Source of the DNA: Nannocystis pusilla
GTDB lineage: Bacteria > Myxococcota_A > Polyangia > Nannocystales > Nannocystaceae
Length of the DNA stretch: 64,000 bases
Direction: 5' to 3'
Assembly (NCBI RefSeq): GCF_020073745.1
Contig: NZ_JAIRAU010000002.1
Coordinates: 145,694-209,693, forward strand
The notes under the pieces were generated by a model. That model saw only the letters and a list, made by a program, of their open reading frames with translations. It did no database searches and was not told the DNA's origin. Below, one piece after another: positions 1 through 8,939 of the stretch; position 1 is the stretch's first letter, and every line of letters starts with the position of its first letter. The position numbers were made by a program, and so were the translations under genes.

Positions 1-2381
1 TCACGCTGTCGGCCTGGCTCGCCGACCGCGAGCGCAGCCCGCAGGAGATCCTCACCGTGTTCGCCGAGGCCGGTCGCGGCCTGGCCGCGGCCCACCGCGT
101 CGGTCTCACCCACCGCGACTTCAAGCCCGGCAACGTCCTCGTCGACCTCGAGGGCCGCGTCCGCGTGGTCGACTTCGGCCTGGCCGCCCTCGCCGAGCAG
201 GCCGAGCGGTCCGACGACGGTGAGCTCGGCGGCGCGGCGCTCGAGCGCACCGCCTTCGTCGCCGGCACGCCGGCTTACATGGCCCCGGAGCAATGGCTCG
301 GAGGACAGGTCGATGCCCGCACCGATCAGTTCAGCTTCTGCGTCGCGCTGTGGGAGGCGCTGTGGGGCGTGCGGCCGTTCGCCGGCGAGACCGTCGACGA
401 GTTGCGCGACCAGGTCCTGGTCGCCGATCTGCCGGAGCGCGGGCAGGTCGGCCCGCGCGTGCCGCCGCGGCTGTACCGGGCGCTGTCCCGCGGCCTCGCG
501 CGCGCCCCCGACGCGCGCTACCCGAGCATGGACGCGCTGCTGGCCGCCCTCGCCGGTCCGCAGGTGCGAGCCCGCCACGCCGTGGTCGGCCTCGGCCTCG
601 CCGCGGTGGTCGGCCTCGCCGCGGCCGCCTACAGCCTGCACGAGTCCGAGCGCTGCGGCGGCGGCGAGGCCCGGCTGATCGGCGTGTGGGACCCGGCCCG
701 CCGCGACGCCGCCGCCGACGCCTTCGAGGCCGCCGGCGTCGACTTCGCCGGCGCGGCGTGGACGCAGGTGGCCGCGCGCCTCGACGCCCGCGCCGACGCG
801 ATCGCGACCATGCACCGCGAGGCCTGCGAGGCCCACGCCCGCGGCGAGCAGTCGGAGCGCCTGCTCGACCGCCGCATGGCCTGTCTTTCAAGACATGTCC
901 AGGAGGTCAAGGCGGTCACCGACCTGCTGGTCGCCGCCGACGCCGGCGTGGTCGAGCGGTCGCTCGACGCCGTCACCGCGCTGCCGCCGGTCGAGCGCTG
1001 CGCCGACCTCCCCGTTCTGCAGGCCGAGCTGCCGCCGCCCGACGATCCCAACACCGCGCTCGCCGTCGACGCCGTGCGCCGCCAGCTCGCCAACGTCGCC
1101 GCGCTCGAGCACACCGGCCGCTACGAGGCCGGCCTGCTCGCCGCCGAGGCCGCCGTCGTCGCCGCCGAGGCTGCCGCGTACAGCCCGGCGGTCGCCGAGG
1201 CCCTGCTCGCGCGCGGGCGCCTGCTCGCGCTGGTGCACCGCGACGGCGAGGCCCAGGTCAGCCTGATGTCGGCCTTCACCACCGCCACCGCGAGCCGCGA
1301 GGACGCCGTCGCCCGCGACGCCGCGGCCGCCCTCGTCGAGGCCCTCAACAGCCTCGGCCGCCTCGACCACGCCGAGGTCTGGCTGCAGATCGCCACCGCC
1401 GCCCAGGGCCGCGCGCCCGACGACGTCGCCGCCGCCTTCCTCGACTTCGCCCGCAGCAAGCTGCTGTGGTCGCTCGGCCGCTACGCCGAGTCGGAGGTCG
1501 CCATCGAGCGCAGCGTCGCGGCCTACGACGCCCTCCACGGCGCCGACAACCCCGACACCGCGCGGGCCCGGCAGTGGTTCGGCACCGCGCTGTGGGCCCG
1601 GCAGGAGTTCGCCCGCTCGCAAGCTGTCCTTCCGGACAGCCGCGCCCGCCTCGAGCGGCTCTACGGCCCCGACCACCCCGAGGTCGCCGCCGCCCTGCGC
1701 TACGAGGGCAGCCTCTACTTCGTCCTCACCGACTTCGACGCCGCTCTGGCGACCTGGCGCCGCGGCCTCGACATCATCCTCCGCGCCCGCGGCGAGGACG
1801 ACCCGCTGGTGGTCGTGTTCCAGGGCAACATCGCGTCCGCGCTGGCCCGCAGCGGCCGCCGGGTCGACGCCGTCGCCGCGTTCGAGGCGGTGGTGCGCTC
1901 GCTCGAGCGCCGCCTCGGCCCCGACCACATCGAGCTGTGCTCCCAGCTCGACAGCCTCGGCGAGTCGTACCTCCGCGCCGGCCAGCTGGGCCGCGCCCGC
2001 GAGGTCATCGACCGCTCGCTGGCGATCCGCCGCCGCGTGCTCGGCGAGAGCCACGCCGAGGTCGCGCGCTCGCTGCTCGGCCTCGGCGAGTGGGGCATCC
2101 GCGCGGGCGACCTCGCCACCGCGATCCCGGCGTTCGAGCGCGCCCTGGCGATCCGCGCCGGCACCGACGTGCACGCCCTCCTGCGCGGCCGCGCCGAGTA
2201 CGGCCTGGCCCGCGCGCTGTGGCTGTCCGACCGCGACCCCCCGCGCGCCCGCGTCGTCCTCGACCAGGCCGTCGCCACCTTCACGGCTCTGGGCCTGGCC
2301 GGCTCGATCGACCTCGCCGAGGCCGTCGCCTGGCGCGCCGCGCACGTGGAGAGCGCCGACGCCGCGGCGCCGCAGAAGTGA
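1..2381 (+). CDS. Ser/Thr protein kinase with C-terminal TPR repeats (5'-partial; gene continues upstream of window)
   Basis: Frame open from nt 3 with no upstream stop. Hanks kinase motifs are present: HRDFKPGNVLVD catalytic loop, DFG, APE (TPAYMAPE). After a hydrophobic segment the C-terminal ~500 aa are TPR-like Ala/Leu-rich repeats (LGESYLRAG, LGLGEWGIRAG). The ORF track shows the same frame as 57..2381. Confidence 0.85.
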   Translation, partial: TLSAWLADRERSPQEILTVFAEAGRGLAAAHRVGLTHRDFKPGNVLVDLEGRVRVVDFGLAALAEQAERSDDGELGGAALERTAFVAGTPAYMAPEQWLGGQVDARTDQFSFCVALWEALWGVRPFAGETVDELRDQVLVADLPERGQVGPRVPPRLYRALSRGLARAPDARYPSMDALLAALAGPQVRARHAVVGLGLAAVVGLAAAAYSLHESERCGGGEARLIGVWDPARRDAAADAFEAAGVDFAGAAWTQVAARLDARADAIATMHREACEAHARGEQSERLLDRRMACLSRHVQEVKAVTDLLVAADAGVVERSLDAVTALPPVERCADLPVLQAELPPPDDPNTALAVDAVRRQLANVAALEHTGRYEAGLLAAEAAVVAAEAAAYSPAVAEALLARGRLLALVHRDGEAQVSLMSAFTTATASREDAVARDAAAALVEALNSLGRLDHAEVWLQIATAAQGRAPDDVAAAFLDFARSKLLWSLGRYAESEVAIERSVAAYDALHGADNPDTARARQWFGTALWARQEFARSQAVLPDSRARLERLYGPDHPEVAAALRYEGSLYFVLTDFDAALATWRRGLDIILRARGEDDPLVVVFQGNIASALARSGRRVDAVAAFEAVVRSLERRLGPDHIELCSQLDSLGESYLRAGQLGRAREVIDRSLAIRRRVLGESHAEVARSLLGLGEWGIRAGDLATAIPAFERALAIRAGTDVHALLRGRAEYGLARALWLSDRDPPRARVVLDQAVATFTALGLAGSIDLAEAVAWRAAHVESADAAAPQK

Positions 2382-2402
2382 GGGTCGAACAGCGACGAAG
2401 GA

Positions 2403-2520
2403 CATGTCGCGCGGCGCCTGTCCAGGGCCGCTGCGTCCCCGTCGCTCCTGGGGATGTCCGATCGGGAATGTCTCATCGAGCATGTCTTTCGAGGCATGTC
2501 GCCGAGGGCATGTCCTGAGG
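2403..2520. repeat. tandem array of 14-bp units carrying CATGTC(C) (at least 6-8 units) between kinase and SDR genes
   Basis: [C/A]ATGTC starts at 2403, 2417 (cTGTCC), 2453, 2467, 2481, 2495 and 2509. All are multiples of 14 apart. Confidence 0.8.
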
Positions 2521-2597
2521 TCCATCTCGCCGGCGCCGCGAGCGGGCGGCCGAGGTCCCGCTGGCGCGCCGCCGCCGGCCGCGCTACCTTCGCCGCC

Positions 2598-3341
2598 ATG
2601 CGCCACGTCATCGTCTTCGGGGCCACCTCCGCGATCGCCGCCGAGGTGTGCGTGCGCTGGGCCGCCCGCGGCGATCGGCTCCACCTGGTCGGCCGCGACC
2701 CCGACAAGCTCGCGGCCGTGGCCGCCCGCTGCGGCGGCGCCGAGGTCACCACGGCCAGCGGCGAGTTCACCGACCTCGCCCGCGCCGAGGCGCTCGCGCG
2801 CGAGGGCATCGCGGCGCTCGACGGCCGCGTCGACCTCGTGTTCGTCGCCCACGGCGACCTCGGCGACCAGGCGTTGAGCGAGCATGACGTCGCCGAGGCC
2901 GCGCGGATCGTGCAGACCAACTTCGTCTCGGTGCTGGCGCTGCTGATCCCGCTGGCCGACGCGCTCGAGCGCCAGCGCAGCGGCACGATCGCCGTCATCA
3001 CCTCGGTCGCCGGCGAGCGCGGCCGCCCGCGCAACTACACCTACGGGGCCGCCAAGGGCGCGCTCCACGTGTACCTGCAGGGCCTGCGCAGCCGGCTCTG
3101 GCCGGCCGGCGTCACCGTCACCACCCTCAAGCTCGGCCCCGTCGACACGCCGATGACCGCGACGCACGCCAAGAACGCCCTGTTCGCCGCGCCGCAGCGG
3201 GTCGCCCGCGACATCGACCGCGCGATCGCCCGCCGCCGCGCCGTCGCGTTCGTCCCGTGGTACTGGCGCCCGATCCTCTTCGTCGTCCGCCACACCCCCG
3301 AGCCTCTGTTCCAGCGCCTCGGCTTCCTCTCGGGCCGCTAG
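2598..3341 (+). CDS. short-chain dehydrogenase/reductase (SDR)
   Basis: N-terminal Rossmann motif VIVFGATSAIA (TGxxxGxG-like). Catalytic YxxxK present (YTYGAAKGAL), ~247 aa. ATG at 2598 lies within the longer ORF 2454..3341; the upstream part is a repeat array and is unlikely to be coding. Confidence 0.7.
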   Translation: MRHVIVFGATSAIAAEVCVRWAARGDRLHLVGRDPDKLAAVAARCGGAEVTTASGEFTDLARAEALAREGIAALDGRVDLVFVAHGDLGDQALSEHDVAEAARIVQTNFVSVLALLIPLADALERQRSGTIAVITSVAGERGRPRNYTYGAAKGALHVYLQGLRSRLWPAGVTVTTLKLGPVDTPMTATHAKNALFAAPQRVARDIDRAIARRRAVAFVPWYWRPILFVVRHTPEPLFQRLGFLSGR

Positions 3342-3345
3342 CGCC

Positions 3346-3798
3346 TCAGGCGAGCCGCAGCGCGCACGCGCCGAGGCCCGCGATCGTGACGTGCACCGCG
3401 AGCGCGAGGAGCACCGCGAGCGAGACGACGTAGGCCCGGTTGCGGTGCGGCTGGCGCGGCCACAGCAAGAAGACCGCGTGGGCCCAGCGGGCCACCGCGT
3501 AGACGGCGAAGTAAGCCACCCCGAGGCGGTCGGGGCAGCCGAGGGCGACGTAGGCCCCGCCGAGGGCGAAGAACAGCGCGTGGTTCTCGCCGTCGTTGCG
3601 CAGCAGCCGGGCCGCGCGATCCCACAGCGGCGAGGGCGGGCCGTCGTGGTGCTCGCCTCGCCACTGCGCGGCATCCTCGGGGTAGGCGAAGCTGCGGGCC
3701 CGCAGCCGCTCGCGCCCCTGGATCGCGGTGGTCATGAAGTGTTTGAAGAAGAGGGCGGCGACGGCGACGGCGTAGGCGTGGAGCGCGGCGGAGTGCAT
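3346..3798 (-). CDS. MAPEG-family membrane protein (microsomal GST-like)
   Basis: 150 aa with 4 predicted TM helices. Conserved R..N..EN motif (RNDGENHALFFALG) is typical of MAPEG. Confidence 0.5.
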   Translation of the reverse strand: MHSAALHAYAVAVAALFFKHFMTTAIQGRERLRARSFAYPEDAAQWRGEHHDGPPSPLWDRAARLLRNDGENHALFFALGGAYVALGCPDRLGVAYFAVYAVARWAHAVFLLWPRQPHRNRAYVVSLAVLLALAVHVTIAGLGACALRLA

Positions 3799-3896
3799 CG
3801 CTCATGCATACCTGCACGCGAGCCGGCGCGGCGCGCACTGCAGCCCCCGGTCTCGCGCGAACGGGCGCGCCGGCGCGCGATCCTCCAGGCGATCGC

Positions 3897-5483
3897 TCAG
3901 TATAGCCGCAGCACCGCCACGCACGCGTCCCACAGCACGTGGCAGACAAGCACCGCGAACAGGCTGCGGGTCTTGAGGCCGAGCCAGGCCCAGAAGAACC
4001 CGGCGCCCGCCGCAGCGACCACCAGCGCGGGCACGCCGAGGCTGACGTGGGCCAGCGCGAACGCGGCCGCCGACGCGCTTGCTCCCCACCACGGGCCCAC
4101 GCGCGAGGCCACCGCGAACGCGACCGCCCCGCGCCACACGACCTCCTCCGCCGCGGCGATCAGCGGCAGCAGCAGCGCCGCCGCCCACGCCGGCAGCAGC
4201 GTCACCCAGTCGTACACCGCGGCCACCTCGACGCGCGCCTCCGGCGTCAGCGCGAACAGGACCCGGCTGCCGACCCATCCGGCCGCGGTCAGCACGATCG
4301 CCGCGATCACCCCTTGCAGCAGCGCGCGCCTGCTCGGCCGCCACAGGGCCGCCCACGGCAGGCGCACCGTCGCCAGGCACAGCGGCACCAGCACCAGGTT
4401 GGCCGCCAGCATCCGGTACCACACGTGCTCCGTCAGCCCGCCGAGGGCCCAGATCAGCGCGATCGCCAGCGGCACCAGCCACGCGACGTGAACTAGCCCT
4501 TGAGAGCATGTCCTGAAGAACATGTCCTCGTCGCCACGTCGCAGCCGCAGCGACAGGCCCAGCCACGGCTCGACCCCGGCCGCGAGCGCGACGATCCGCT
4601 CGGGCCCGAGCGGCCGCGTCACCACGCCGAGCTCGGCGGCGGCGGGGCCCGGATCGCCGACCAGCCCGTGGCTGAGCAGCCCGAGCTGCGCCCGCGTGAG
4701 CAGCGGATCGGGCAGCTTCTCCAGCGCGGTCACGGCGACCGCCAGCAGCGGGGCAGGGCAGGGCACCAGCGTGAGCGGCAGCGCGAGCGCGTCGGCGACC
4801 CGCTGCACCACCTCGCGCAGGGTCAAGATCTCCGGGCCGACGACGTCGTAGCTGCGCCCGCTCGCCGCCGGCCGCTCGAGCGCCGCGACCACCGCGAGGG
4901 CCACGTCCTCGACCAGCACCGGCATCAGCGGGGCTCTCCCGCCCCCGGGCGCGGGGAACACCCCGGCGTGGCGGATCGTCGCCGCCAGGTTGCGCACGAA
5001 GTCGTCGCCGGGCCCGGCCACCGGCCCCGGGCGGAGGATCGTCCAGTCTGTCCCCGAGGACATGACCGTTCGTTCACCCGCGCGCTTGCTCGCCATGTAC
5101 GGCCCGGGGTCCCGCGGCTCCGCCCGCGGCCCGGCCACGCTGACGTGGACCAGCCGCCGCACCCCCGCGGTCTGCATCGCCGCCGCGATCGCCTCGACCG
5201 TCGTCACGTGGGCCGCCGCGAACGACTGTTCGCGCTCGGGCCGCTTGATGCCCACCAGGTTGACCACCGCCGTACAGCCCGCGATCGCCGCTGCCAGCTC
5301 GGGGCCGCCGCGTCCGACGTCGACCTCACGCCAGGTCAGCCCGGCGCGCTCGGCCCGGCCGCGACGGCCCCGCGACAGCCCGACCACCTCGTGCCCCGCC
5401 TGCAGCAGCGCCGCCACGGTCGCCTGTCCGATGAACCCGCTCGCTCCGGCCACCGCGACTCGCATGCGCAGCCAGCCTCGCAC
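3897..5483 (-). CDS. fusion ORF: N-terminal NAD(P)-binding NmrA/epimerase-like domain plus C-terminal CPBP (CAAX) intramembrane protease domain
   Basis: N-terminus VAVAGASGFIGQA (GxxGxxG Rossmann) for ~310 aa. C-terminal ~200 aa are polytopic with CPBP motifs EEVVWRG and FALAHV. The two halves are joined by LRLRRGDEDMFFRT, encoded exactly by a 42-bp (3x14) CATGTCC array at 4507-4548. They may be two genes (epimerase 5483..~4550; protease ~4523..3897) read as one ORF. Confidence 0.55.
   Translation of the reverse strand: MRGWLRMRVAVAGASGFIGQATVAALLQAGHEVVGLSRGRRGRAERAGLTWREVDVGRGGPELAAAIAGCTAVVNLVGIKRPEREQSFAAAHVTTVEAIAAAMQTAGVRRLVHVSVAGPRAEPRDPGPYMASKRAGERTVMSSGTDWTILRPGPVAGPGDDFVRNLAATIRHAGVFPAPGGGRAPLMPVLVEDVALAVVAALERPAASGRSYDVVGPEILTLREVVQRVADALALPLTLVPCPAPLLAVAVTALEKLPDPLLTRAQLGLLSHGLVGDPGPAAAELGVVTRPLGPERIVALAAGVEPWLGLSLRLRRGDEDMFFRTCSQGLVHVAWLVPLAIALIWALGGLTEHVWYRMLAANLVLVPLCLATVRLPWAALWRPSRRALLQGVIAAIVLTAAGWVGSRVLFALTPEARVEVAAVYDWVTLLPAWAAALLLPLIAAAEEVVWRGAVAFAVASRVGPWWGASASAAAFALAHVSLGVPALVVAAAGAGFFWAWLGLKTRSLFAVLVCHVLWDACVAVLRLY
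4507..4548. repeat. 3-unit 14-bp CATGTCC array at epimerase/CPBP junction
   Basis: CATGTC at 4507 and 4521, CACGTC at 4535. 42 bp, in-frame within ORF 3897..5483. Confidence 0.7.
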
Positions 5484-5562
5484 CGGCGGCCCTCCGTGCG
5501 CAAGGCCAGGTTTCGCTTCTCAAACGCCGTCCGCGCGCCTACAACGAAAATCGAGACCCGCA

Positions 5563-6644
5563 TGTTCAGCGCCCTCGCCGACCACGCCTGCGCCCGCTTC
5601 GACCGTGTCATGCGCCACGGCCTCCGCCGCGTCCTCATGCAGCGCAACGAGCTCGACCGCCTCGCCCGCGCCGAGCACGAGCGGCGGCTCGAGGCCGTCG
5701 GCCGCTACACCGACCCCGCGGTGCTCGCCGAGCCCGATCGCATGCTCGCGCCCCCGGACGCGCCGCCGCGCCTGGCCCCGCTGTCCGTGCGCCGCCTGGC
5801 CGACGGCCGCGCGACCCACTTCACGTTCGCGTCGCCGTACCGCCCGCGCGACCCCGACTACGCGCGCGAGTACGCCGGCTACGACCGGGTCGACACGGTG
5901 CACCTGCACGCGTGGCAGCACGACCGCCCGGCGCCGGCGTCGATCCTGCTGGCGCACGGCTGGTGCGTGGGTCACCGCCGCCTGCACGAGATCGAGTTCA
6001 GCATCTCGACGCTCTACCGCGACCTCGGGCTCGACGTGTACTTCTACGTCCAGCCGTACCACAGCGCGCGCAAGCCGACGTCGGCGCGCTTCTCCGGCGA
6101 GCTGTTCCCGTCGACCGACCTGGTGCGCACCAACGAGGCGTTCATCCAGACGGCCCAGGACGTGCGCGCGGCGATCACGGCGATCCTCCGCCACAGCCCG
6201 GCGCCGCTCGGGATGATGGGCTCGAGCCTCGGCGGCTACACGTCGGCGCTGATCGCCTCGATCGATCCGCGGCTGTCGTTCGTGGTCCCGATCATGGCGC
6301 CGGCGTCGTTCGCGTACTTGCTGTGGGACCACGGCGAGGGCGACCCGTTCCGCCGCCAGGCGGAGGCGCTGGGGATGACGCGCGAGCGCTTTCACCAGTC
6401 GTGGGCGCTGCACAGCCCGCTGTCGTACGCGCCGAAGGTGCCGTGGGAGCGCCGGCTGGTGGTGACGGCCCGCGGCGATGCGCTGGTCACCGACGCTCAC
6501 GCGGACCTGCTGTGGGAGCACTGGCAGCGGCCGCGGCGGTTTCGCTTCGCGGGGGGGCACTTTCTGCAGCTCGGGCGGCGGGATTACATTCGAGAGCTGG
6601 GGCGCTTTCTCGCCGGGCTCGACATCATTCCGGAGGTGCGCTGA
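5563..6644 (+). CDS. alpha/beta-hydrolase fold protein
   Basis: Nucleophile elbow GSSLGG (GxSxG). 360 aa from ATG 5563 within ORF 4500..6644; the upstream part of that ORF is antisense to the epimerase gene. Confidence 0.6.
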
Positions 6645-6659
6645 GGCTGGTTCTGGGGG

Positions 6660-6720
6660 CATGTTTGAAAGGGCATGTCTGACGGGACATGCTGCTTCGG
6701 GCATGTCCTCTCGCGTGCGT
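6660..6720. repeat. 4-5 unit 14-bp CATGTC array downstream of hydrolase gene, abutting structured repeat copy A
   Basis: CATGTT 6660, CATGTC 6674, CATGCT 6688, CATGTC 6702, degenerate unit at 6716. Confidence 0.75.
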
Positions 6721-6736
6721 CGGGTGTCGCGTGCTG

Positions 6737-7045
6737 CTTCGCGAACTGCCGAATGCGCCTAGCGAGCGGTCGGGGATGCGGTCCTCCGCCCAGTCCTCGC
6801 GGATGGACCCTCCTTCGTCGGGCCCATCTCTCTGCGGATGGTCGGAGGACCGCATCCCCGACCGCTGGCACGGCCCACTCGTGGGTGGCCCGAAGCGCCG
6901 GTCGCGGGCTCCGCTGGCGGCTGTCTCTTCGCGCAGGTGCATTCCGCCCGAGGGACGGCCGGGGCCGGCCATCCCTCGGGCGGACCTCTCGACGTCATCG
7001 CCGGCGCTCGATCGTGACGCGACGATGTGCTGCTGCGCGACGCGG
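6737..7045 (+). repeat. ~305-bp structured non-coding repeat element, copy A
   Basis: Near-identical to 61766-62067 (+) and reverse-complementary to 58133-58436. Contains a perfect 17-bp inverted repeat GGGGATGCGGTCCTCCG (6772-6788) / CGGAGGACCGCATCCCC (6843-6859) with nested GATGG..CCATC and CCGAGGGACGGCCG..CGGCCATCCCTCGG stems. Confidence 0.8.
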
Positions 7046-7102
7046 GGGAGCGGGGCGGGGGGCTGCTTCGCTCGGAGGGCCTCTCGGCGAGGGGCGACGC
7101 GG

Positions 7103-7284
7103 CGCAGGGCGGCTCCGCCGGGAGCGCGGCTGTCGGGTCGTGTGGTGTCGACTCTTGCCGACGAATTCCACAGGCCTCGGCGGTGTGCCGGGCGACGCGG
7201 GGGCTCGGCACAGGGCGGCTCCGCTCGGAGTGCCGGTGTCGATGCTTGCCGACGAATTCTTGCAGGTGCCGCGAGCTCGGCGGG
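7103..7284. repeat. ~80-bp imperfect direct repeat x2 in long non-coding leader upstream of lipoprotein gene
   Basis: CAGGGCGGCTCCGC...GTGTCGA.TCTTGCCGACGAATTC appears at 7103-7183 and 7210-7284; the second copy has a 15-bp deletion. Confidence 0.6.
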
Positions 7285-7715
7285 TCGTGATGCTCGGCGC
7301 CGCGTGGGCGAGGCGGCGCGGGGGCAGCAACGGTGGCTCATCGGGCGCGGCGACGCTGCGGAGTCCGGACAGCTGCCCTTGTCACCTCGGCCCTTACCAC
7401 GACACGCCGATCATGGAGGCATTCTCGCCGCGATCCGTGCACTGCACTTCGCTGAGCGGTACCCGCAAGTTCGGCACTGCGGCCCGGGTACGAAAGTAGA
7501 AGCGCCCGCGAGGTGCGAAGCGTCGTGCTCGCCGGGCAGGCGCACGAGGTCCGCGGGATGGCCGGCGATGAGGCGTGATCGTTGGCCGCGAACGGCTTCT
7601 TACACCGGCGACGCGGGCCCACATGGCTGGCGACAGGTCGCGGCTCGCATCACTCGCGCCGCACCCGCCAGCGCGATGGATTCTTGATCGCGGCGGGCCG
7701 CTCTGGCATCTTGAG

Positions 7716-8672
7716 ATGGTGCGGTTTGGTTTTGGCGCGCGCCCGGCTGGCGCCGCCTGCTTCCTCTCGTGGCTGGTGACGACCGGGTGTAACCCCGGCC
7801 GGTCCGACGCGTCGTCGCGTGGTACCGACTCGGACGGCGCCGCTCCGTCGCAGGCCAGCGAGGGTGCCACCACCGGCGCGCCCGGGACGTCGACCGGTGA
7901 CGCGACGACGATCGCGACGACGACCGCGACCGGCGACCTCGCGCCCGAGGTCGCGCTCACGCCCGTCGAGCCGTGCGAGTCGCACGCCGCCGAGGCCGAC
8001 TGCGACGCCGCCGGCTGCATCTGGTTCGCCACCGAGCGCGTCGCCGACCGGGCCACCTGCGCCCTCGAGCCGGCGGGCGTTTGCGCCACCGCCAGCGCGT
8101 CGACCGGCGACGGGGACTACGACAGCGCCTTCTACAAGAAGATCGGCGAGGTGGTCCACGTGCGCCGCGTGGGCCGCAAGGCCAGCGATTTCCCCGGGCC
8201 CGAGCACCCGGCAGGCTGGACCGAGTGCGGCCTCGGGACCGACGACCCGCCCGAGTGCGCATGCGTGTGCGCGGCCGGACGATGCCCCGGCGACGTGGCG
8301 CTGGCGCTGCTCGACGCCTGCGCCTCGCCGCGCCCCTGCGTCGACAGCCCGGGCGGCGAGAGCGACGCCTGCCTCTACCAGGCCCTCGCCGCCGCGGCCG
8401 CCGCCAGCCTGCGCGTCAGCACGCTCACGGGCGATCGCAACGTCGACGACCGCGTGTTCCTCCGCGGCGACGGCACCGCGACCTGGATGCGCAGCACCTG
8501 CGACACGCGCGACCACAGCTGCCGCGACCGCAAGTGGGAGCTGCCGCGCCTGTGCAACCTCCGCGACCGCGCCGCCTTCACCGCCTGCGCCCAGGACAGC
8601 TCGGACCCGCAGTGCCGCGACGTCGCCGGCTGGTTCGTCGACTGCAAGCTGGCCCCGGCGACATGTCCTTGA
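7716..8672 (+). CDS. Cys-rich secreted lipoprotein
   Basis: MVRFGF...LVTTGC lipobox-type signal, Ser/Thr/Gly-rich linker, then >20 Cys in a C-terminal domain. Stop codon TGA lies inside a CATGTCC repeat unit (gcgACATGTCCTTGA). Confidence 0.6.
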   Translation: MVRFGFGARPAGAACFLSWLVTTGCNPGRSDASSRGTDSDGAAPSQASEGATTGAPGTSTGDATTIATTTATGDLAPEVALTPVEPCESHAAEADCDAAGCIWFATERVADRATCALEPAGVCATASASTGDGDYDSAFYKKIGEVVHVRRVGRKASDFPGPEHPAGWTECGLGTDDPPECACVCAAGRCPGDVALALLDACASPRPCVDSPGGESDACLYQALAAAAAASLRVSTLTGDRNVDDRVFLRGDGTATWMRSTCDTRDHSCRDRKWELPRLCNLRDRAAFTACAQDSSDPQCRDVAGWFVDCKLAPATCP

Positions 8673-8720
8673 GAGCATGCGCTGAACGCCGCCGCTCGCC
8701 GGGTTCAAGCGACATGTCCC
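8662..8720. repeat. CATGTCC units (GACATGTCC x2 plus CATGCG) at convergent junction
   Basis: GACATGTCC at 8661 and 8711, CATGCG at 8676 (14 bp after 8662). Lipoprotein stop codon lies inside the first unit. Confidence 0.55.
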
Positions 8721-8939
8721 CGAGGGCAGGTGGCCGGCGAGCCCCGGTCGGCCGACATCGGCGCGCCGATTCGCCGGCTAGCGCCGCGACCGGGCCATTT
8801 CGAGCAGTCCTCGCGCCGGGCTCCCGCAGGCTGGCAAGGCGCGAGGAAAGAGCATATCGGGCAATATGTGACCGACGAGCAACGCGGCCAGCGTGGCGGA
8901 GAACTAGCGAGGGCTGCTCGAACTGGCCCGGTCGCGGCG

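Noticed and set aside
2403-2520. CRISPR array
   Set aside because: Repeat unit is only 14 bp including its spacer, with no 25-40-bp spacers and no cas genes in the window. Also not a coding periodicity, since 14 is not a multiple of 3.
293-3674. Long alternative-frame and antisense ORFs (293..2518 +, 888..3674 -, 1715..3034 -) overlapping the kinase and SDR genes
   Set aside because: Arg/Pro/Ala-rich low-complexity translations typical of wrong-frame reading in ~72% GC DNA. The sense-frame products have clear kinase and SDR motifs.
6675-7687. Short ORFs across the ~305-bp repeat element (e.g. 6675..7499, 6689..7687, 58201..58554, 61698..62663 N-terminal part)
   Set aside because: Indels between the three copies shift the frame, so no peptide is conserved. 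Paired-stem structure is conserved instead, so they are treated as non-coding.
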